Positions 56,100 through 64,000 of a stretch of 64,000 nt of DNA are shown piece after piece (within the stretch, counting starts at the first letter, position 1; every line of letters begins with the position of its first letter). The position numbers and the translations under genes were made by a program. A model generated the notes under the pieces. The model was not told the DNA's origin and did no database searches. It saw only the letters and a list, made by a program, of their open reading frames with translations. Source of the DNA: Piromyces finnis finn (taxonomy: Eukaryota > Fungi > Neocallimastigomycota); assembly GCA_002104945.1 (NCBI GenBank), contig MCFH01000010.1, positions 930,001 to 994,000 of the forward strand, read 5' to 3'.

Positions 56100-57383
56100 T
56101 TAAAAACCAAATGGTCTAAATCCCCAATAAGAATGTTTCTTATCATCATTGCGTTCATTCTCCCTTTTAACTTGACTTAATTCACTTTTTAATTCATCTA
56201 CTTGTCTTTCCGCCATATTCTTTTCTTTAATTACTTTTTCCAATTCTTGTGTTTTAACTTCCATTTGTTCTTTTATAAATTCCAATTCATATTTTAATTT
56301 TAATTTTGAATTGAAAAGTTCATTATTTTTTGTAACTAAATCAGTTGTTCTTTCTCTCATTCGATAAATAATATCTCTACTCCTTTCACGTTCTTTTGTT
56401 AACTCTTGTACTTCCTTCTCCTTTGCATTTACAACCATAGTCATCTTTTTCAATCTTATCATACATTCACTAAATTCCTTTTCTAATTGAGCATATGAAG
56501 CAATTTGTTCCTGAAGATTTTCATTGTCTTCTGCCATCTTTTCTAAATCTATATTCAATTGTTTATTTTCTTGCTTTAGACATTCTAACTCATTTTCCTC
56601 TAAAATTCTATCTCCATCTTCCAAAGTACTTTGAAGTTTAGCCTGAAGTTCATCTAATGTACGGAAAGATGGTGATAAACTTGCTTTAGATGCTGTTGAA
56701 AGCATTGACAATTGCCGTGATGAAGATGCAACATCATTGACTGAAAAAGCACTTTCCGAATTTTGTGAAATAGTTGAAAAAGTTTTTGTTTTTTCATTAA
56801 TTTGTTCAATAGAGTGCGAAGTGTCGTTTTTATCATTAATTTCTGTGGTATTATCGGGTATTACAGATACTAATTTAACTTTTTCCTTTATTTCAGTATT
56901 ATCCTCTGATGTTAATTTTCCATTAGAATTGAATGGTTTTTCTTCTAATGATTCAACAGATAAATCATTATTTTTTGAATTTATGTATATATCACTATCG
57001 CTTGTTTTATTTTCATATTTTGCCAACATTTTTCTATATCTTTCTAAAGTTAAATCTTTTTTTGGTTCTTCGAATTCACTGTCATTACTTTTTGATGGTA
57101 ATTCAATATCATTTTTACTTATACTTTGTTTTTCTATTATTACTTCATTCTTTTTTGTATTGATAGATTTTGTTGTAGTATTTAGTACTGATTTTGAAGA
57201 TTGTGGTTTATTTAAAGAATTTTTTCTATTATTTAATAATGTAGTTTTTGAAGATTCACCTATTCTTGAAGATGATCTAGTTGGTAGATAGGATTGTTTC
57301 GAGATATCTTTTTTCCATTGTTTGTTATCTAATTGTTCCCTTTCTGAAGGGGTAACAACTTTGCGTAAAGCATATTTTTGCAT
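56100..57383 (-). CDS. uncharacterised 427-aa protein with S/T-rich N-terminus and long C-terminal coiled coil
   Basis: 1.28-kb intronless ORF with coding-like composition in otherwise ~90% AT DNA. Heptad-rich segment from LDELQAKLQSTL to ELSQVKRENER. No family recognised. Confidence 0.78.
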   Translation of the reverse strand: MQKYALRKVVTPSEREQLDNKQWKKDISKQSYLPTRSSSRIGESSKTTLLNNRKNSLNKPQSSKSVLNTTTKSINTKKNEVIIEKQSISKNDIELPSKSNDSEFEEPKKDLTLERYRKMLAKYENKTSDSDIYINSKNNDLSVESLEEKPFNSNGKLTSEDNTEIKEKVKLVSVIPDNTTEINDKNDTSHSIEQINEKTKTFSTISQNSESAFSVNDVASSSRQLSMLSTASKASLSPSFRTLDELQAKLQSTLEDGDRILEENELECLKQENKQLNIDLEKMAEDNENLQEQIASYAQLEKEFSECMIRLKKMTMVVNAKEKEVQELTKERERSRDIIYRMRERTTDLVTKNNELFNSKLKLKYELEFIKEQMEVKTQELEKVIKEKNMAERQVDELKSELSQVKRENERNDDKKHSYWGFRPFGF

Positions 57384-60300
57384 ATTTTCTTAATAATTAT
57401 TTATTTTTCTTAAAAGATTAATCAATATTTTCTTTATTTATGAAAAAAATGTTTTCTCAAAAAAAAAAAAAAAAAAAAAAAGACTAAAGATATTGATTAA
57501 ATATATAATTTAAATATAGTATATAAATGGAATATTAAAAAAAAATATGAAGGAAAACAAATATATATGTGTGAATATTGTATTTCGAATATTTAATTTT
57601 TTTGATTATTATAAAATTTAATAATGATTATTTTTAACTTGAATAATTTTATATAATAGGTTTCACAACTTCTTATCGAGTTTTCTTTCTTTTTTTTTTT
57701 TTTTTATTTGTTGGTTGGTTGATTTGTTTTATCTTTCTTTTTAAATGTTTATTATCAATAAATTAAATACCGTTTAATATTATAATGTTATAAACTTCGT
57801 TAGTAAATTTATTCAAATATAAGATTTCGTTAGTAGATTAATGACAAATGGAAAAAAAAAAAAAAAAGAAAAAAGAAAATTCATTTAAATAAATGTTAAT
57901 ATTAATACTGCTTTATAATTAACATTTAATACATTTATCCTTTAATTGTTATATTATTTCTTTAATCATTATTTACAATTTTAAAATTATATTTTTTGTT
58001 ATGTATACCGAATATTATTAAAAAAGAATTTAATTTGCTCTTCTATTAAAATAGAATAAAATAAAATAAAATAAACTAAAATAAAATAGAATAAAAAAAA
58101 TTATAAAAATTTTAATTTATAATAAAAAAAATTTATATATATATAATATTGATTATTATATTTATGGGATAATAATAATAATTAAATAAAATTAGCGAAA
58201 ATTATTAAGATTTTCATTATGTAATTAATGATATAATTAAATGACTTTACTAATTATTTCATTATCGTTGTTGTCGAGGTTGTCATTGTTATTTATGTTG
58301 TTAGTTTCTATAATTTATATAATTTTATATAATTTTATTTTCTAACGTTTTTTAAGTAGTTAGCCTAAATATTTTCACTTCAATAATAATTATTATTTTA
58401 TCTTTATTTGTATGTTTGTTACTTTATATTGATAATATATTAAAGAATATATTTCAATTAAAATATTATAGAATTAATATATATAAACTAATTAAAATTA
58501 AACTTTAATTATATATTAAATGAAACATTTATAAGATATATAAATAAAAAATAAGAATATATATCATATTTAATATAGCATTTATATATTTTAATATATT
58601 AAAATATATAACATATTATAATAAATTGAGAAATTTTACTATTAATTTTATAATCATTAAAGTTTCAACATTTTTTAGACCTTATATATAAAAACAAATT
58701 TTCAAATAATATTTTATTATATTTAACTTAAAATTCATTATTAAAAAAAGGTAATCGCAAAATTTTAGTGGATGCATTATGTTACTACATTTTTAGTAAT
58801 TATTACTAAGTGATTGGTTATTTATATTAAAAGTTTTTAAATTGTATATGAACAATATTTTACACATTTTTTTAAATTAGTAGGAACAACCCAGCAACAA
58901 TAAAATAGATATATATTGAAATAAAAAAAAAAAAAAAAAGAATATTATAGTTAAAATAAGATTTTAAACAACATAATATTATTTTTTTTTACTTTATATT
59001 ATATTTTCTAAATTAATGGTTTGTTATATATAATGCATTTGAATAATGTTTATAGAAGTCTCAAAATATTATATATTACATTAATTTAAAAAATTTTTTA
59101 ATCTTCAATAAAAAATTGTAATTCAAAATGAATGAATAAATATTTAAAATTTCTTAATACTCAGAGAGAGAAAAAATATATGAAATGATAGTATTTATTA
59201 TTGAATAAATAACTTTCATAAATTTTATAACTCTGTTGTCGATGTTTTTCAATAACAATTGTTTTTGCCTTTGTTTTGTTTAGTTGAAATATTATTAAAA
59301 AATATATATATTAATATATTAATTATATTAATAATATAAAAAATATATAAAAATCATTCACTTTAATTTTTATAATAATTAATAAGATATTTTAAATGAA
59401 AAATACTATCCACCTTATTGTTAATATAGCTCTTTTATTATTCTTTACAACTGATAATTTAACTTAGAAACATTAAATAAAAAAGAAATAAAACTAATAA
59501 ATGATTTGATATCTATCGGAGTGTTTTTAATAAGATTAGAGTTTTATTTTTAAAATCATATTTATTAATTTACACATAATTATCATTCATATAAAAAAAT
59601 ATAGATTTATGAAATATTAGAAAATATACTTTAATATCGTATCGTAAGAAAATAAAAATAATATTGAAAACAATTTATTCTATTGAATGATTTAATATCA
59701 TTTCCTTTTATGAATAATAAATTTCCATTATTTCAGTTAAAAATATATGATTTTATTTTATTTTAAAAACTGAAATTAAGGTAGATTAATCATAAAAAAT
59801 ATTTATATATATTTAAAATTTTTTAATATAAAAGAAAACTATATTTAATATTTATCTTTTATTTCAAATACTAATTTGTATGTTAAAAAATAAAATAAAA
59901 ATAAAATTTTAAAGTTTTAAAATTGAAATTGTTTAAAAAATAATATTATGAATATTAAAAAAAAAAAGTATTAATATTTATCCTTAACTATATCAAATGT
60001 CCTAAACCTTTATTACATTTTATCATTCATATATATTAAGCTTTAATTTTTTACTAGTATATTTATAAATAACTAGAATTTATCATTTACTAATTTATCA
60101 ATTTATCAATTTAAATCATTCATATTATTACTAATATTACTGTTTTCTAAATAAAATAAAAAAAATTAAAGATATAAAAGAAAAGAAAGAAAAAAAAAAT
60201 AATAGAAATATGAATCAAATCACAATAGTTTAATACTTAAATTTTTTTTTTTATATTACTTGATATTAATAGTTTTAAAATAAAAATAATATTGTTTATT

Positions 60301-60439
60301 AATTACTTTGTTAAATTATAATATTAATATTAATATTTAATAATTTAATTATTTATAAATGCTTATTATTTCAAATTTTTAATCTTTGAAAAAAAAATTT
60401 AAAAAAATTGAATATAAAAAATACTTATAAACATATGAT

Positions 60440-63400
60440 ATGCTATTAAGAGATTATATAAAAACAGAAAGTGAAGAAAAGATTATAAACAAGAAAAAAA
60501 GAATTACTTATAATTCTAATATAACTAATAATAGTGAATATATAGTAAATAATAATAAAAAGGATATTAATTTACAAGAAAATATTTTATCAGATAACGA
60601 AGAAGCAAGCAATAGTAATAATAGTTCCTCAAATCAATACGAAGACTATATAGAAGTTATTCCAGAATTACAAATCAATGAATTGTTCTTGTATTGGATT
60701 AATCTTCCTAAAACACAAAATTTAATTTATAATTATTTAAAGAAACTTGGAACAAAAAGTGATATTTTAAATAATCTTAATAACCAATTATTTAATCCTA
60801 ACAAAGAAAAGTTTGAAAAAGGTGAACAAAAAAGAAAAGAACTTTTAGAATTACAAAAATTTATATTTTCAATAGATAATAAATCAAAAAATAGCACATC
60901 TATAATTAATAATAATTCTAATAACAATAAAATCAATCATTCCTTCAGCCATATTCAAGAAGAAGCAAAAGCAGAAATAAATACTGTTAATAAAACATCA
61001 TTGAATAAAAAAGAAATTATAACACCTACATCTAAAATACATAAATCAAAAGCGTTACAAAGAGAAAGAAGAAAAGTTAGAAAATTGGATTCAAGTACAA
61101 ATACTTATATTAATCATCTTTCCACTTCACTTTACAGAAATAATGATGATATAAGAAATAAAGAAATTGAAAAAGTTACAAAAGAAGAAAACAATATTTA
61201 TAAATTCAAAAATAATTATAATAACGAAGACTCAAAATTAATTGAAACAATAACAGAAAGTATAGATAATAATTTTATTAAATTAACTGAGATGATAACA
61301 GAAAGTAAAGATAATAATATTCATAATAAATTAACTGAAAAAAACATGGCGGATAATTTATTAGCTGAACAAACCAAAAATGAATTAAATAATAATTTAA
61401 ATAATAATATCATAATTGAAGGTTAATATTATAATAATAGCTTTATTGATATATATTAATTATTTACATAATATTATGAAATTATAAATTAAATATAATA
61501 TAATAATTTATTATACCTATTAATGATAATTACATCCATATAATAATAAGTTAAAGAAAATGATGAAACTAGTTTATATTCAAAAACAAAGACAAAAAAA
61601 TATGATTCTGGTGTAGATATATCATTTGACTCTGTAAGATGTCACAATATTTTTTATATTATAATATAGTATTGAAAGTTATTTATAAATATATCAAATA
61701 TAAATATAAAAGTATTAATTTTTTTTTATATTTATAATGATTAAATATAATTTACATAAATAGAAGTCAGTTATCCCTAGATTCTACTTCCCTAAGGGAT
61801 ATCCAGTAGAAAATAATATAAAAAAAGTAATTGACAAGCAGCTTGTATGTATTTTAATTTTATTATATTAAAAATTTACATTATAGAAATAATATATAAA
61901 AAAAGGGCGAGTAAATTAATACATTAATACATTAATAATTAATATTTAATATTTAATATAGCAAAAAATTGAAGAAATATTCAAGCTTTCAAATGATAAT
62001 CAATTAAATGAACAAGAATTTTGGAAAGTAACTGAAGAATGTGAATTACCAAGATATATTAGTGCAGCCTTATTTAAAAAAGTTATTGGTGAACCTGACG
62101 ACATTTCCCAATTAAAGGTTTCGTTTGAAGGTTTCAAGAAGTAAGAAATAATAATAAAAAAAAGTTTATTTAATTTTATTAATAAATGTGTTTAATCATA
62201 ATAATTTTATTTTTTAATAAAACAAAGGGTCTGGATAGAAATAAAAAGTAATAATTATGATATGGATTCATTAATGTTTTCGATTTTAAAACCAAAAAAT
62301 AGAGAAAAATATAGAGGAAAGGATGACTATTTACTTCAAGAAGATTTCTTTATAGTTATTAATGGTAAATAATTATATATATATAAGGCAATATATATTT
62401 TACTAATAATTAAAAAATAACATTTATTATTATATATTAATTAGATGTGGTACAATATCATCCAGGATTAGAATTTTTATCTAATATGCCTATATTCCAA
62501 AATCGATATAGTTAGTTTTCATTTATTATAAAAAATTAAAATTATTTGGTATTAAAATAATAACATTATATATATATATATATATATTATTTAATCTTTC
62601 AGTCGAAACTGTAATATCAAGATTATTCTACAGCAAACCAAGAAATTGGAATGAACGTATGACATTGAATGAATTTAGAAAAGTTAAATTTACTCAAAAA
62701 TTAATAAATTTACAAGATGAAGATGATGATATTAACATTGTAAGGATAAAATAGAAAGAAAGTATATTTTTTTAATTATTGTTACTTTTTGTAGAACTAA
62801 CATAATTTATTATATTACTATAAAAACTATATATATTTATAATTATTTTTATTTAATAGAATAGAGATATTTTCTCCTACAAACATTTCTATGTAATCTA
62901 TTGTAAGTTTTGGGAATTAGATAAGGATCATGATATGAAAATTAATAGAAATGAATTAGCAAAATATGATCAATATAGTATAACACCAATAATGATTGAT
63001 AGAGTAATAGAAGGTTATGGAAAAGTTACATCAAATGATGGTGAAATATTAAAGTCAGGATGGAGAGATAAAATTAATGATCAAAAGTTAAATAATAATC
63101 AATCAAATGTGGATAATTTATCATCTTTACAAGAGGCTTTTAGAAATGTCAGTATAAAAAATAAAAATTATATTTTCAATAGCGTAATAAAAGATTATGA
63201 TAATGAGGATGATCCAAATATTATGCTATACAAAGATTTTATTTGTATGTACTCTCCATATGATAATTTTTTATTATTTTTTTCATATTATAATTTATTT
63301 TATGTTTTTATTTTTTAAATAATTTTATGATTTATAATATTATAGGGTTTATATTATCTGCTGAAGATAAAGGTACAACACAAGCTATTGAATATTGGTT

Positions 63401-64000
63401 TAGATGCCTCGATTTAGATGGCGATGGTGTTATAAGTGTATTTGAAATTGAACAATTTTGGATAGAGCAATATCAAAGAATGGTAGAATGTAGAACAGTT
63501 GATATTTGGTCTTTCAATGATTTCTTATGTTATCTGTAAATTCTTATTATATATAAATTTAATATTAAACTCAAAACTAAATTGTTTCTTATTTATTAAC
63601 TTTCTTTATTTTATTATATATATATATAATAGGTTAGATATGATTCAACCTGAAAATAAAAATGTTATTACCCTTGCTGATTTAAAACGTTCTAAAAATA
63701 CGCCATTATTCTTTGATATGTTATTTGATATTAAGAAATATGAAATGCATCTAAGATGTATGGATCCATTATTTAGAGAAGCAAATGAAGTATGGATTAT
63801 AGAAGGTATTTCATCTGATAATGTTAATATTGATGAAGAAGAAAAAAAGATTAAGCTGGAGTAAGTTAATATATTATATATATAAATTATCACATAAAAA
63901 ATATTAAATATTTAACATATAAATATTTTTATAGAGGGTGGGAAAAATTTGCTGAGAGAACTTATGAACAATTAGCATATGAAGAAATGCAAGCACAACA
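60440..64000 (+). CDS. PP2A regulatory subunit B'' (PPP2R3A/B, PR72-like) EF-hand protein; runs off the window end
   Basis: Multi-exon. Motifs: [150 protein letters not shown]. Confidence 0.94.

Overview
Extremely AT-rich eukaryotic genomic DNA with short GT-AG introns, Asn/Lys-rich low-complexity proteins and long, almost GC-free intergenic tracts. The gene content (Skg3/Caf120-like, Rua1/DUF4451-like, Msy-type MscS, plus a probable centriole gene) points to a zoosporic fungus, most likely an anaerobic gut fungus (Neocallimastigomycota); this is inference. I reconstructed 13 protein-coding genes by hand-splicing. In order: PDCD2/TSR4 (partial), a Rua1/DUF4451-type Zn-finger protein, a probable Moonraker/KIAA0753 homologue, a ~1800-aa Skg3/Caf120-like PH protein, DID4/VPS2, THO2, UTP13, a BAR-SH3 protein, a ZFAND4-like UBL+AN1 protein, a DUF1764 protein, an MscS/Msy channel, an orphan coiled-coil protein and a PP2A B'' subunit (partial). 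I saw no tRNA, rRNA, CRISPR array or intact transposon. The three best leads are (1) the Moonraker-like centriole gene, visible only after splicing, (2) a D5-primase/RFX-like winged-helix domain fused to the C-terminus of the Skg3/Caf120-like protein, and (3) a ~50-copy RESRDN hexapeptide array in THO2. All family assignments come from motif recognition and recalled consensus sequences, not database searches. Splice coordinates are manual.
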